Assembly (NCBI GenBank): GCA_019058445.1
Contig: JAHPZA010000005.1
Coordinates: 32,001 to 96,000, forward strand
Direction: 5' to 3'
Source of the DNA: Promethearchaeota archaeon
GTDB taxonomy: Archaea; Asgardarchaeota; Lokiarchaeia; Sigyniarchaeales; SOKP01
Length of the DNA: 64,000 nucleotides
Positions 51,101 to 61,370 of the stretch are shown here, one piece after another. Within the stretch, counting starts at the first letter, position 1; every line of letters starts with the position of its first letter. The notes under the pieces are model-generated. The model was not told the DNA's origin. It saw nothing but the letters and a program-made list of their open reading frames with translations, and did no database searches. A program made the position numbers and the translations under genes.

Positions 51101-53463
51101 TCAAGGAGAATAACAGAATCACTCATTGCATTGAAAGTTGTAGACCAATGATTAACTGCTTGCTGCAAGGCAATTTCCGCCCTCTTTCGCTCTGTAATAT
51201 TTTGAATAATAAATTGAAGCACTTTTTTATTATTGAGTTCGATTAAAGTGCCTTCAATATGAAGCCATAGATTTTCATCTCTGGATCTGAAAAGTTCGAA
51301 TTCGTAAGGATCTACTTTATTTCCCTTGATTGCCTCTTTAAATAATTTTGAAAAAATTGGGATAAGGTATCTGTTTTTTTCATTTAAAGAGAGAATTTCT
51401 CTAAAACTTTTCCCTACCACATTTTCCCTGCTGTGAAATGACATAAACTCATTAATAGTCATATTACAATCTATTAAATTTCCGTTCATATCAACTAATC
51501 CTATAAAGAACGGGGAATTATTGAATAAATGGCGATATTTTTTCTCTGATTCTTTTAGTTTTTGTTCATTTACAATCCTGTCAGTTATATCATTCACTAC
51601 ATTCAACAGATAAGGTTTGCCATTAAGATTAATTATATTAACAGAAAATAGACCGCATTTAACTTTTCCTTCTTTTGTTCTATATTCAATCAGCTTATTA
51701 GTTACCTTTCCCTCCTCTTTAATAGTTTGTAGCATTAAATCTCTTTGGCTTCTGTCAACCCATAAATCTAATTCTTTAGTTGTCTTGTCGATGACTTCCT
51801 CCCTTTCAAAGCCAAGATCGTTTAAACAAACATTATTAGCTTCGATAATCCGTCCTTCTTCAATTGTAGTGATAGACATTGATATTACACTACTGTTAAA
51901 TGCAGTTCTAAATTTAGCCTCGGATTCTTTTAATTTTTGTTCAACAGACTTACGCTCATTAATATCTCTGGCTATTGATAAGATTTTTTTGGAGCCTTTA
52001 CTATCATAAAAAATTTTGCCTCCAAATTCAAACCATTTATATTGACCATTTTTTTCTTTAAATCTTGCTTGATATGAACCATAACCTCTTTTTAGGTTCT
52101 TCAGAGTCGAACGGATAGCATGTCTTCGATCTTCAGGATGGAGAAATGGCAAATGAGTTTGACCAATTAAATCCTCCTTATCATATCCTAATAAGCGTTT
52201 GTGTACGTTTTCATTAATATATTCAAATTCGAAGTTATCATTCAATACCCTAATTAAGTCATTAGCACTTTCAGTGATTAATCGATATCTTTCTTCAGAT
52301 TCTCTTAATCTCTCTTCCGCGATTTTCTTATCAGTAATGTCTATAAACGTATTTAAAAAGGCACGTCTACCTTTATATTCTATAGCTTTAAACCAAACTT
52401 CCACCCATAAAACTTGACCATTTTTATGAATACCACGGACAATATAATTTCTTATACCTGAGGGAAATTCATCATCTCTCAATTCTGCTTGTTCTATAAC
52501 CATTTGTCTATCCTCAGGATGTATAGTTTTAAAAAATTCACCAGGCTGCCAACTTAAAATCTCTTCTGTAGTATATCCTAATGAATCTGCAAGTTGTTGG
52601 TTAAGGTATTTTATACGATTATCTTGGATTATGCATATACCCATTAACCATTGCTCTGCAATAGTTCTAAACATCTCTTCAGATTCTTTTAATCTTTGCT
52701 CAGTATTCTTCCGATCAGTTATCTCCCTTGCGATTCCTAATCCTTTCCAATTTCCCTTGCTATCCTTAAACCTCTTGGCTCTAATATCAAACCAGACATA
52801 ATGACCATCTTTATGTCTTAATCTACCCTCTCGAAAAGCTTCTCCTTTATCAGCAATTTGTCTTACAAATTTTATCCCTTCTGTTTTTTCATCTGGATGT
52901 CGTAATTTTGAAGTGAAACTTCCAAATAAGTCCTCAGAAGTATATCCTAATGTTTTTAAATGTGCTGATTCGTTTAAATATTCAATTTTACTTCTATCAT
53001 TCAAGATCCGAATGAGATCATTCGTATTTTCAGTTATCCATTGAAATTTTTCTTCAGCCCCATTTAACTTTTCCTTTAAATCCTCCTGCTTATTGACATT
53101 TTTTGTAATTATTAGGAATTTTAGGTCTCCATTCTGATCTAGAAAGATTTTCCTTTTGAATTCATACAGAAAATATTTATTCCTTTGATCTTTAATTCTT
53201 AATTTCACAATATCATTATTCTCTTCATGGTTACTATTAAAAATAGTATTAGCTCTTTCTTGATCTTTCCAATGAATAAGCTCTAATGGATTATTTCCTA
53301 TCAAATCCGCTGATAAATAGCCCAATAATTCCTTAAAAACATTTTCATTAATATATTCTATGTCTAAGTTCTTATTTAAAATAAAAATTAAATCATTGGT
53401 ATTATTTAAAATGAATTGAAACTTATCTTCAAAATTATTTAACTTTTGGTATGTTTCCGTAAT
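48142..53463 (-). CDS. Giant cytoplasmic PAS (12x) histidine kinase
   Basis: Twelve PAS units, H-box FAHDINNIL, NLLNNAVKY, DNGIG and GMGVGL. The frame stays open and PAS-like upstream of the TTG at 53325, so the start is inferred at ATT 53463. Confidence 0.88.
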   Translation of the reverse strand: MTETYQKLNNFEDKFQFILNNTNDLIFILNKNLDIEYINENVFKELLGYLSADLIGNNPLELIHWKDQERANTIFNSNHEENNDIVKLRIKDQRNKYFLYEFKRKIFLDQNGDLKFLIITKNVNKQEDLKEKLNGAEEKFQWITENTNDLIRILNDRSKIEYLNESAHLKTLGYTSEDLFGSFTSKLRHPDEKTEGIKFVRQIADKGEAFREGRLRHKDGHYVWFDIRAKRFKDSKGNWKGLGIAREITDRKNTEQRLKESEEMFRTIAEQWLMGICIIQDNRIKYLNQQLADSLGYTTEEILSWQPGEFFKTIHPEDRQMVIEQAELRDDEFPSGIRNYIVRGIHKNGQVLWVEVWFKAIEYKGRRAFLNTFIDITDKKIAEERLRESEERYRLITESANDLIRVLNDNFEFEYINENVHKRLLGYDKEDLIGQTHLPFLHPEDRRHAIRSTLKNLKRGYGSYQARFKEKNGQYKWFEFGGKIFYDSKGSKKILSIARDINERKSVEQKLKESEAKFRTAFNSSVISMSITTIEEGRIIEANNVCLNDLGFEREEVIDKTTKELDLWVDRSQRDLMLQTIKEEGKVTNKLIEYRTKEGKVKCGLFSVNIINLNGKPYLLNVVNDITDRIVNEQKLKESEKKYRHLFNNSPFFIGLVDMNGNLIDCNMTINEFMSFHSRENVVGKSFREILSLNEKNRYLIPIFSKLFKEAIKGNKVDPYEFELFRSRDENLWLHIEGTLIELNNKKVLQFIIQNITERKRAEIALQQAVNHWSTTFNAMSDSVILLDQDNRIIQCNRATLEILGKSNYQQIIGRTCWDVVYGTSTPVDWCPVMFMKKSGQTESSIAQIGDKWLRFSANPILNDKNCIIGAVHVISDITEQKLAEEKYKDLVNSISDLLLEVDLKGKFTYASPQLYDIFGFTFEEIRGKRIHKFIHPKDLPRVAKVLKESYDTKKNLTVEYRTLHKDGHYVYCSARGAYMENGRFYGVVRDISERKLAEIKLKESEKRYRLITDNSKESVFIMDMNLKQTFASPASYDMLGYSPEELKGLSIQKTTTPESIKIIAEIFKEELAIEKQADKDLTRSRRFEIQQIHKNGKIIDVEVSATFLRDDDNTAIGIIGLSRDISARKKAERKLQESEERYRFLFEKSPFIIILLNSKGIIVDCNSKVEDFGYVREELIGRKYFIQNIIDQKFIPILLERLRRILEGEPLPPIDVELIKKDGSKFWGSINSSLINIAGTIYIQTLIEDCTSRIEAEQKLSASEERLRLITENANDVIWTVDMNLSFTYISPTCLKVLGYTDKETLDLGFQKFTTPNSIKILIEAFKEELELEKRGTENQDRVRKIEIQQIHKNGTIVDVELILTWLRDENEKAIGIIGITRDVSERKEAERKLKESEERYRLLSENANDVIWTTDMNLNLTYVSPSTQNASGYTVEEMLNMKIDQYHTPTSCKFLVEQFKEELKIERRKDKDLNRIRVFEVEQIHKNGSIINKEIVVTFLRDENQKAIGVLGVTRDVTEKKEAEKKLKESEKKFRKAYKRANYYKDLFAHDINNILQTINSSAELIKYHLSESEKIRDVNAITSIIKKQVMRGAKLITNIHTLSNLEEEDIPIEPIEINNLLKNSIEFIKNVYTNKKFDTQVDSFKESITVKANYLVQDVFDNLLNNAVKYNSNENVEISIKISKKLIEEIGYIKMEFLDNGIGVADERKDLIFKRYERAHKGGKGMGVGLSLIKKIIKKYNGKIWVEDKIKGDYTKGSNFVILIPEAIRN

Positions 53464-53593
53464 ATTTATCCCCTTGGGTATCTATAAGTAAAAGAAAGTG
53501 AAATTCTCTTAAGTATACAAACTTGGATAAATATTTAAGTCCTTAGTTATTTTAGGTTTTTAATGTTGGTAGAACGTTCAAATGCTAAGAACT

Positions 53594-54214
53594 TCACCAT
53601 TCAGAGAAATGTTTCTCTTCAGAATAATCTCGCTTTAGGGGTTTTCCCGTAAGCATCGTATAATACCTAAACATAGCAGATTGTTCTGCTCCCGTAACAT
53701 TTTGGAGCGCATCATATAAAGTATTTCCTTTAGCAAACACCCCATGGGCTCTGACAACTGCTATAGGGTAATTCTTAAGAACTTTTGGCACTTCTCTCGC
53801 TGCATCTGTGGGACCAGCTGGATTATCTACCTCGATAATAGGTATTTTACGATACATATAAATTCCCTCCGCATCTAAACAGGTTATTTCATCTTCGATA
53901 AGTGAGAGGATGACACAAAAAGGATTATGAGCATGAATTACTGCCATAGCATCTGTATTCAAATAGATTTGCCTGTGTACGTCAGTTTCCGTGCTCGATA
54001 ACATTATACCAGAATCTGCCTGATATAAATCCGTTTCAATAATATCTTCTGGTTCTAAAAAGCCTAACATAGCGCCTCTACGTTTAATAAGAATCTTGCC
54101 CCCCGCTCTCATCGAAATATTACCCGAATGACTGGTGTTATATCTATGATCCGTTAACACTTTCCCTACAATTTTAAATTGTTTATAGGTTTCTTGATCA
54201 ATCACATATATCAC
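53594..54214 (-). CDS. fucA: Class II aldolase/adducin family (archaeal L-fuculose-phosphate aldolase-like)
   Basis: SGNISMR, SSTETDVH..IY, metal ligands HAH and AHG. Confidence 0.78.
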   Translation of the reverse strand: MIYVIDQETYKQFKIVGKVLTDHRYNTSHSGNISMRAGGKILIKRRGAMLGFLEPEDIIETDLYQADSGIMLSSTETDVHRQIYLNTDAMAVIHAHNPFCVILSLIEDEITCLDAEGIYMYRKIPIIEVDNPAGPTDAAREVPKVLKNYPIAVVRAHGVFAKGNTLYDALQNVTGAEQSAMFRYYTMLTGKPLKRDYSEEKHFSEW

Positions 54215-54257
54215 AGTTTTTTTTCTTTCTGATTATTCTAATTGTAATTAAAAAATA

Positions 54258-55175
54258 TTATAAAAACTTATTTATAATTTGAGTTTTAGTTTCAAGACTG
54301 ATATGGTGTACTAGAGCACCTAATTCAGGTACGACAACCAATTTACCATGATTTAGAGTCCTAAGTCCATTTAAACAGTTCCATAGTCCATATTTATCAT
54401 CATCCTCAGTTCCTAATGCTTCCGTATATTTACCTCCAGCTAAAAGATACCCTCCAAGACCTCCCAAAGCGGGCCATCTTTTCAATGCTTTTTCAAAATC
54501 CTTTTCTAATAACGCATTCATGATCTCAACTTTTTTCATGTCACAAGCTCCCAAAGCGGCTCCTAAGCTATGCTCAGCATGAGACGCGTGCCCTGCAGAT
54601 AATAATAATTTGGTATAAAAATCTGCTAAATCCTCAGCATTGTTATATCCTAATTGAGACTTTTTTTTCTCAATTGTTTCATTTGCGAGTATTTTCACTT
54701 CTTCTAAAACTCGAACCGCATTTTTTCTTGAGACATGTGCAGTTATGCCAACGAATTTTTTTAAATCTAATTCTTTTTGGATTTCTTTTTGACATTTACG
54801 TTCTAAAAGATTCCCATTTCCTCCGTGACCGGTGATTAACATAACTAATTCTGCTTCTTCTCCTCTGTTTCGAATAATATCAATAAAATAACGCATGAAA
54901 TCAACTGATTTTGTATATAATTCTTCCCAGGGGATGTAATAGGGAGCCCAATCTCTTGCTACATCTCCACAGCGATCAGTAGTATAAGGAATATGAGCAA
55001 CATAACGCTGTCCCGTATGAATCTCTAGCTCAGAGGCGGCATGTTTAGCATGGAGATCATCGATATTTTTCGTTAATGCAAATCCGTGTCTTTCATAAGG
55101 ATTGCCAATAGAAAAAAGCAACCATTTTGATTCCTTTGCTTCAAATGGTCCTAAATTATCCATTTTTTCTGACAT
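54258..55175 (-). CDS. Creatininase-family amidohydrolase, ArfB (FAPy deformylase)-like
   Basis: Metal motifs G.PYERHG.AL...D, GHGGN and GHA..AEHS. Confidence 0.65.
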   Translation of the reverse strand: MSEKMDNLGPFEAKESKWLLFSIGNPYERHGFALTKNIDDLHAKHAASELEIHTGQRYVAHIPYTTDRCGDVARDWAPYYIPWEELYTKSVDFMRYFIDIIRNRGEEAELVMLITGHGGNGNLLERKCQKEIQKELDLKKFVGITAHVSRKNAVRVLEEVKILANETIEKKKSQLGYNNAEDLADFYTKLLLSAGHASHAEHSLGAALGACDMKKVEIMNALLEKDFEKALKRWPALGGLGGYLLAGGKYTEALGTEDDDKYGLWNCLNGLRTLNHGKLVVVPELGALVHHISLETKTQIINKFL

Positions 55176-55286
55176 TTTTCTTACCCCATAGTGTTATATT
55201 TAGGTTTATCTCTTTTAAAAGTTAATTTTTTCCTTTAAGATTTAAATTTTTTCTGTACAACTCATACACTCTTCATAATAATGATC

Positions 55287-57095
55287 TCAATCCAGCCTTT
55301 TAAGAGATAATCTTTCTAATAGCTCATCAGTAGGTATTCCATTCTCATTCCAATTTCTAACTTTATAATATTCTTGCAATAAATCTTTAAGTGGCACAAC
55401 CCTGTTTTTAGATGCCCCTTCTTGTAAGGGATTTTCTAAAAATCTCTTTGGAAGTGAATCCTTCTTGCTTGAAAAACCTTCTCTTATATTAAAAAGCCTT
55501 TCTAAAGTAAAAATTCTTTCACCAATGGTTATTAGATCCGTTATAGAGATTTTTTTATCTAAAATAATGCTTAAAAATCTAGCTTGAAATTCAAAGCCTA
55601 ATGCATATCCCACAAACTTACAAACTACTAATGAATCTTCTACGGCACTTTGATTTTGTTTTAAATATAATAAATCTGATTTGCCTCGAACAGAAAACCT
55701 ATCGATTTTTTTAGGGGCTCCTAAAACCTCTAATGCAACTAAAAATCCCGTTAAATGACAAGCTCCGCGTGAACTAACAGCGTAATTTAATGCATGACCA
55801 AATGCTCCTCGGGGATCATATGCTGGAATTTCCATCCCCTTTACTTGCATAGCATAAGATTCTCCATTATACTTTTTGGATAATCTTAGTGAGCCCTCTG
55901 CTAAATCTGAGCCAATCTCTTGTTTTAATGCGATTTTTTCTATTAAATCACATAATACTTCATTATTTCCAAATTTTAAAGAAGATTCATTCAATAAACC
56001 ACATTGCGAAAGTTCCATACCACATGCAATAGTAGAACCAGTTGATATAGTGTCCAAACCATAATCATTACATAAATAATTTGCGTGGGTAATCGTTTTT
56101 AAATCAAATATTCCTGTTGAGGGTCCTAGAGCCCATAAAGATTCATATTCAGGTCCTTTCCCTTTTTTTTCACCCGTATTTGTCATTCTCCCGCATCGAA
56201 TAATACAATTATAACAACCCTCGTTACCTTCTAAATACTTTTCTCTTAATGCCTCTCCACTAACTAAATCGATCTTATTTGACTCAGTATATGCAGCCTG
56301 GAAATTCTTAACGGGAAACATACCGAATTGATTAATAACCTTGACTAACGCGGCAGTTCCAAACAACGCTAAGCCCTGTGAAGTTATAGGTACTACTTTT
56401 ATCTTGTCAATCGCATTAATTCTTAATTTTTTGAGGTGTTCCTTATTTTTTACTTCAAATTCTTTATTTCCACTCTTCACAACAATTGCCTTCAGATTTT
56501 TTGAACCCATTACAGCACCTACTCCTCCCCGTCCAAATGCTCTGTTCGCTTGATTCATAATAGAGGAAATTCTCACTAAATTCTCACCAGCGGGACCAAT
56601 ACACAGTATTTGACAGTTTTTACCCTCAATTTTCTGAATTTCGGTTAAGGCATCAGATGTCTTCAGACCCCATAAATTCTTAGCATCTTTAATTTCTATT
56701 TTATCATAACCATCAATTAAAAGATAACCTTCATTATCAGATGATAACTTTCCTGTAATATTTAAACAATCATAACCACATTTTTTAAAGAAGGGTCCCC
56801 AAAATCCACCAGAATTAGAATGAAAGATAGTATTAGTCAATGGAGATTTGGTAACTAAAGAAAACCTCCCGCTAGTAGGTGCTACACTCCCTGTCAGTGG
56901 ACCAATCGAAAATATTAACACATTTTCACCTGATAATGGATCAATATTTTTAGGTACAGAATCCGTAAATAATTTTATCCCTAATCCTCTGCCCCCAAGA
57001 TAGTTCTCTAAAATTTCCTCGTCTATATCTTCTTCAACGATTTTTTCTGAACTTAAGTTGATTTTGAGAACTTTACTGTTCATTCCATATGGCAT
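55287..57095 (-). CDS. aor: Tungsten-dependent aldehyde:ferredoxin oxidoreductase
   Basis: YLGGRGLG, KSPLT, IGPAGENLV, GRGGVGAVMGSKNLKAI, CYNCIIRC, GLDTIS and YDPRG. Confidence 0.92.
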   Translation of the reverse strand: MPYGMNSKVLKINLSSEKIVEEDIDEEILENYLGGRGLGIKLFTDSVPKNIDPLSGENVLIFSIGPLTGSVAPTSGRFSLVTKSPLTNTIFHSNSGGFWGPFFKKCGYDCLNITGKLSSDNEGYLLIDGYDKIEIKDAKNLWGLKTSDALTEIQKIEGKNCQILCIGPAGENLVRISSIMNQANRAFGRGGVGAVMGSKNLKAIVVKSGNKEFEVKNKEHLKKLRINAIDKIKVVPITSQGLALFGTAALVKVINQFGMFPVKNFQAAYTESNKIDLVSGEALREKYLEGNEGCYNCIIRCGRMTNTGEKKGKGPEYESLWALGPSTGIFDLKTITHANYLCNDYGLDTISTGSTIACGMELSQCGLLNESSLKFGNNEVLCDLIEKIALKQEIGSDLAEGSLRLSKKYNGESYAMQVKGMEIPAYDPRGAFGHALNYAVSSRGACHLTGFLVALEVLGAPKKIDRFSVRGKSDLLYLKQNQSAVEDSLVVCKFVGYALGFEFQARFLSIILDKKISITDLITIGERIFTLERLFNIREGFSSKKDSLPKRFLENPLQEGASKNRVVPLKDLLQEYYKVRNWNENGIPTDELLERLSLKRLD

Positions 57096-57226
57096 TTTTC
57101 AGCTATTTTCTAATTATATTATTAAAAAGAATAAATAAAATAAGCTAAAAAAAAATAAAAGATTTCACAAAACAATGTAAATAAAAAAAAATGGAATAAA
57201 TTTGTTTATTACTTTTATTAAGAGGC

Positions 57227-57655
57227 TTAACCTTCGTCCATTTCTTGTAAGGTTTCTGCGGCGAATGCTAAATATTCTCCATAAGCCATAGTGTCCTGTA
57301 AGTTGCCTTCGATCTTCAAGTCGCCAGACATGTAGGCGCTTGTACCGTCAACTTCCCCGGACATTAAGCCACCCATGGTCTCCCAGTTTGCGGACATGGT
57401 GAATGATGGATCTTCAGCGTCGCCTTCGCCGTAGTCAAAGGCACCATCGCCAATTTTTACCCACCATTTAAATCCTTTATCCTCAACAACCATCTGACCT
57501 ATAAATTGATCAATATCTTCTAATTCTTCCTTTAAATCATCAACCTCGGCAGATGCTTGTTTCATAAGTTCGAAAATTTTCAAGACGTCTTTAGGATCGC
57601 TCATTCCTTCATCTCGTAATTTTCTAACTTCATTTGCTAATGCTTCGTCAACCAT
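57227..57655 (-). CDS. SCP2 sterol/lipid-binding domain protein
   Basis: C-terminal P.FTMS....GL.SGEVDGTSAYMSGDLKIEGN is the SCP2 signature; very acidic. Confidence 0.85.
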   Translation of the reverse strand: MVDEALANEVRKLRDEGMSDPKDVLKIFELMKQASAEVDDLKEELEDIDQFIGQMVVEDKGFKWWVKIGDGAFDYGEGDAEDPSFTMSANWETMGGLMSGEVDGTSAYMSGDLKIEGNLQDTMAYGEYLAFAAETLQEMDEG

Positions 57656-57996
57656 TTTTAATTTCGACCTATTTTTCTGTTATTTTATTATTAATGTTAA
57701 ATATTAATCAATATCGATTAATGCATAATTTAAGGTTTTTAATATTTTAAAAACTTTCATTTTTGCATTTTTAAAATTAAGACTCATCTTAATTATCAAT
57801 ATTAATTAAATAAATAAATGATTAAGTCACATAAAAAGCTTTTATTTCTCCATCTTACAAAAAAGAAAATTGCGCACAAAAATAGAGAGTTTTTAAAATT
57901 TAATTATACTTTTTTGAGAAACTGAGAGTTTTTTTTTGTATTATTAGAATAGATTTAACGAAAAAGTTATATTTATTTTCATTTTAAGTATTTAAC

Positions 57997-59784
57997 ATGG
58001 ATGATATCTTAATTAAAAACACGAAAATTATTGATGGAACGGGAAGACCGGCATTTATTGGTAATATTGCTATTAAGGACTCAAAAATAATGTCTACTGA
58101 CAGTTCAAGTGGGTCTGCAGATATAGTAATTGATGGAGCAGGGTTTATTACATGCCCGGGATTTATTGATCCACATAGCCATCCCGATTTAACGTTTTCC
58201 ATTTTACCATTATGTCATAATTATATCATGCAAGGAATAACTACTGTAGTAGGCGGGAACTGCGGATTAGCTCAAGCACCAACAGTAAAGAGAGAAGCTA
58301 CTTCAGAAGAAAAGAAAATTGGAATTGAAAGTTTTCAAGGATCAAATAAAGATTTGAGTTTTAGTCGCTGGTTGACAAAGCTCGAAAGAAGGGGGATTTC
58401 TGTAAATTATATTCCATTAGTTGGGCACAATACCATTCGAAGCGCAGTTATGGGAGAAGATTTTAAGAGGCATTCAAAAATAGATGAAATAGAGGCTATG
58501 AAAGAACTAGTAGAAAAAGGTATGCGTGCGGGTGCATTTGGATTCTCTACAGGATTGGATTATGATCCGTCTGAATATTCAAATACAGAAGAAGTAATTG
58601 AATTAGCCAAAGTGGCAAAAAAGTATGGTGGCATCTATGCATCCCATCTTCGGCATTGCCAAAGCCAATGGGCTACTAGTGATCCCAATCTATATGGATA
58701 TGGCGTGTTTCATGGAGAAATTGAAGAAGCGTGGGTTGGAAAATATCAAGGATTAATGGAAATTCTTGAAATTGGAAAAAAAGCTAATATTGCAGTGCAT
58801 TTTTCCCATATTTACACGGTATATCTTACACCTCAACCGCATCCTGATTTCTTAGATGAAGCGACAGCAAAAGCAACATTATGGCTGATTGATAAAGCAA
58901 AAGAGGATGGAATAGATATTACTTTCGATGTAATTGTGTCAGATACGAGTATAGCTCCTTCAAATATGATAATCAATGAATTTGTCTTATCCCGTCTACA
59001 CAAACTCCAATGGCTAAGAAATATAGAAAAAGATGTATTCGTAAAACTAATTAAAAATCGGGATTTTCGTGAAAAGATTAAAGATCTTTCTCGTGAAGGG
59101 TATCTTAAGTTGGGAATGGTTAATACAAAATCAGATCCGTATTGGATGAATAAGTTTAAAATTACAGCTTGTAAGAACGAAGATTATTTAGATAAAACCA
59201 TTGGTGAAATTGCTGCGAGTTTATACAAGGATTCACTTGATTTGGTTTTCGATTTAATAATCGAAGATCCTGAAACTGAATGGATTCAGTTTACCGATGA
59301 TAGAGCAATAACTTATCTAACTTTACCTGTTTATCTCTCACATCCTTTATGTATACCCTGTACTGATATGGTATCCTTGCCACCAGTGGATCTTTCAATG
59401 GACAAATTAAAATCCGTTGGAACTGGAGTTCCTGAAGAATTTCTCAATTCAATAAATGTTCCCCATTTTTATGGAATGTATGCAAGTTATATTGGTAGAT
59501 TTGTCAGAGATAAGGGAGTATTGACCCTTGAAGAAGCGATTAGAAAAGCTACGTCTTTTGTCGCCCAGCGCTTTGGCTTGAAAGATCGGGGATTAATTAA
59601 ACCTAATTATTATGCTGATATCTTGATTTTCAATTATGAAACGATTAAAATGAATGGAACGTTACGCAACCCCCGTCAAGCACCTGAAGGAATAGAATAT
59701 GTTCTGGTTAATGGGAACATCACCTATAAAGACAATGAACATACAGGCATAAAAGCAGGCAAGATCCTTAGACATCAATTCTAA
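57997..59784 (+). CDS. N-acyl-D-amino-acid deacylase (amidohydrolase family)
   Basis: PGFIDPHSH, QGITTVVGGNCG, GFSTGLDY, YASHLR, GLKDRGLI and GIEYVLVNG. Confidence 0.88.
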   Translation: MDDILIKNTKIIDGTGRPAFIGNIAIKDSKIMSTDSSSGSADIVIDGAGFITCPGFIDPHSHPDLTFSILPLCHNYIMQGITTVVGGNCGLAQAPTVKREATSEEKKIGIESFQGSNKDLSFSRWLTKLERRGISVNYIPLVGHNTIRSAVMGEDFKRHSKIDEIEAMKELVEKGMRAGAFGFSTGLDYDPSEYSNTEEVIELAKVAKKYGGIYASHLRHCQSQWATSDPNLYGYGVFHGEIEEAWVGKYQGLMEILEIGKKANIAVHFSHIYTVYLTPQPHPDFLDEATAKATLWLIDKAKEDGIDITFDVIVSDTSIAPSNMIINEFVLSRLHKLQWLRNIEKDVFVKLIKNRDFREKIKDLSREGYLKLGMVNTKSDPYWMNKFKITACKNEDYLDKTIGEIAASLYKDSLDLVFDLIIEDPETEWIQFTDDRAITYLTLPVYLSHPLCIPCTDMVSLPPVDLSMDKLKSVGTGVPEEFLNSINVPHFYGMYASYIGRFVRDKGVLTLEEAIRKATSFVAQRFGLKDRGLIKPNYYADILIFNYETIKMNGTLRNPRQAPEGIEYVLVNGNITYKDNEHTGIKAGKILRHQF

Positions 59785-59811
59785 TTCAGAACTTACTGAA
59801 TCCAATCTTAT

Positions 59812-61215
59812 TTAGAGACCATGTTTCTGTAATAAGATTTTGTTTTCTCTCACTTTATTGGGAGTTAAGTCGTATACCAACCACATAACTAAAAATCCTA
59901 CAATAGAGAAGAACATTGGAATCAAAACCATGATAACTCTGATGCCCCATAATGCTAAGGGAGTTTGAGTTGCAGCCCCAGCTCTATAACCTGTTAATTG
60001 ATGGACTATGGTAAAAACTAAGGCTTGAATTATAATAGCAGAACGTCCAAAAAACGTTCTAATTCCAGAGTATATACCTTCTTTGCGTTCTCCTGATTTC
60101 AAAACCAGTTCATCAATCGCATCAGAGAGGCAAGGATACATTAAAGTATTAACGGCACCACCTGCAATACTGGTTGCAAGTATGATAATGAGAATAAGCA
60201 TAACATCGGAAATAAATAACAAAGGTATTGATAAAATTATAGAGGGAACAGCTCCTATCATAAAACATTTACGGTTTCCATACTTTCTGCCTAATTTAAA
60301 CCAAAGAGGGATTGACAATACCGAACCGAATATATAAGTTGCTGCTATCATCATTTCAACGTTAGGATCTCGTGTTCCTATTATATATATTGTCCAAAAT
60401 GGAAGAGAAGAAAGCACTAATACTAAGGAAACTTGAGATCCTATGTAAAAGATATTGTATGCCATGAAGTTTTTTTGCTTGATAGCAAATTTCAAGGCTC
60501 TCCAAAATGATTCTTTTTGGGTTTGTTGTTCAATAATTCGAATTTCTCTGGCAATTAATTCTTCATTTTCGCGCATCCCGGGAATTACTAAAAAAGTGAA
60601 TAATAAATTGATAATCATTAGGATAAAAGCTGCCAAAATGTAAGAATCAATATCTCCGTATTTAATGAAAAGAGGGGGGAGGATTATACCTACCGCGACA
60701 CCTAATAGCCCAGCAAGAGCGCCCAGCGATGATACTTTGGTACGTTCTTTTTGGGAACGAAATTTATCCGGATAAATTGACAGCCAATTGATTTGCCAAA
60801 GCGAATAAAACAATTCAAAAATGATTAAAGTAATTAATAGCCAAAAAAACATCCCCAATTGATCTCTAAAAGGAATAATAAAAATCAGGAGATATGTTAA
60901 GGAATATATAAAAGCACCAATTATAAACCATGGAAATCGTCTCCCCCATCGCTCTGTTAATCTGGTCTTTCGATCGCATAAATATCCTAAGAGAGGATCA
61001 TTAATCATGTTCCACGCTCCAAAAATAAAGAATGCAATGCCTATTAATGTAATAGATAAATACAACTCATTTTCATAAAAAAAAATTGTACGAACAATAA
61101 AGGCAATCATAATAAAATTTACTATAAATCCTCCCATTCCATAAGACAAATGAATTTTAGAGGAATATTGCATCTCATCAATCTCAGTATTATTACTATT
61201 TGGTTGAGAATTCAT
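59812..61215 (-). CDS. MFS transporter, GPH/MelB family
   Basis: WNMINDPLLGYLCDR...WGRRFPW and D.IDE.....G.RKEGIYSG. Confidence 0.88.
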   Translation of the reverse strand: MNSQPNSNNTEIDEMQYSSKIHLSYGMGGFIVNFIMIAFIVRTIFFYENELYLSITLIGIAFFIFGAWNMINDPLLGYLCDRKTRLTERWGRRFPWFIIGAFIYSLTYLLIFIIPFRDQLGMFFWLLITLIIFELFYSLWQINWLSIYPDKFRSQKERTKVSSLGALAGLLGVAVGIILPPLFIKYGDIDSYILAAFILMIINLLFTFLVIPGMRENEELIAREIRIIEQQTQKESFWRALKFAIKQKNFMAYNIFYIGSQVSLVLVLSSLPFWTIYIIGTRDPNVEMMIAATYIFGSVLSIPLWFKLGRKYGNRKCFMIGAVPSIILSIPLLFISDVMLILIIILATSIAGGAVNTLMYPCLSDAIDELVLKSGERKEGIYSGIRTFFGRSAIIIQALVFTIVHQLTGYRAGAATQTPLALWGIRVIMVLIPMFFSIVGFLVMWLVYDLTPNKVRENKILLQKHGL

Positions 61216-61370
61216 TTGGAACTTCTAAAATTAGTATTAAAATATTTAAAATTTTGTCGATGTTTCTTATAAATCTTATCAAATATGAAAGAATTTTATG
61301 ATGGGATTATTAATTTTCAAATGATTTCCCATATAGTTTAAATTTGTATTTCTGATTAGTAACTCCAAGG

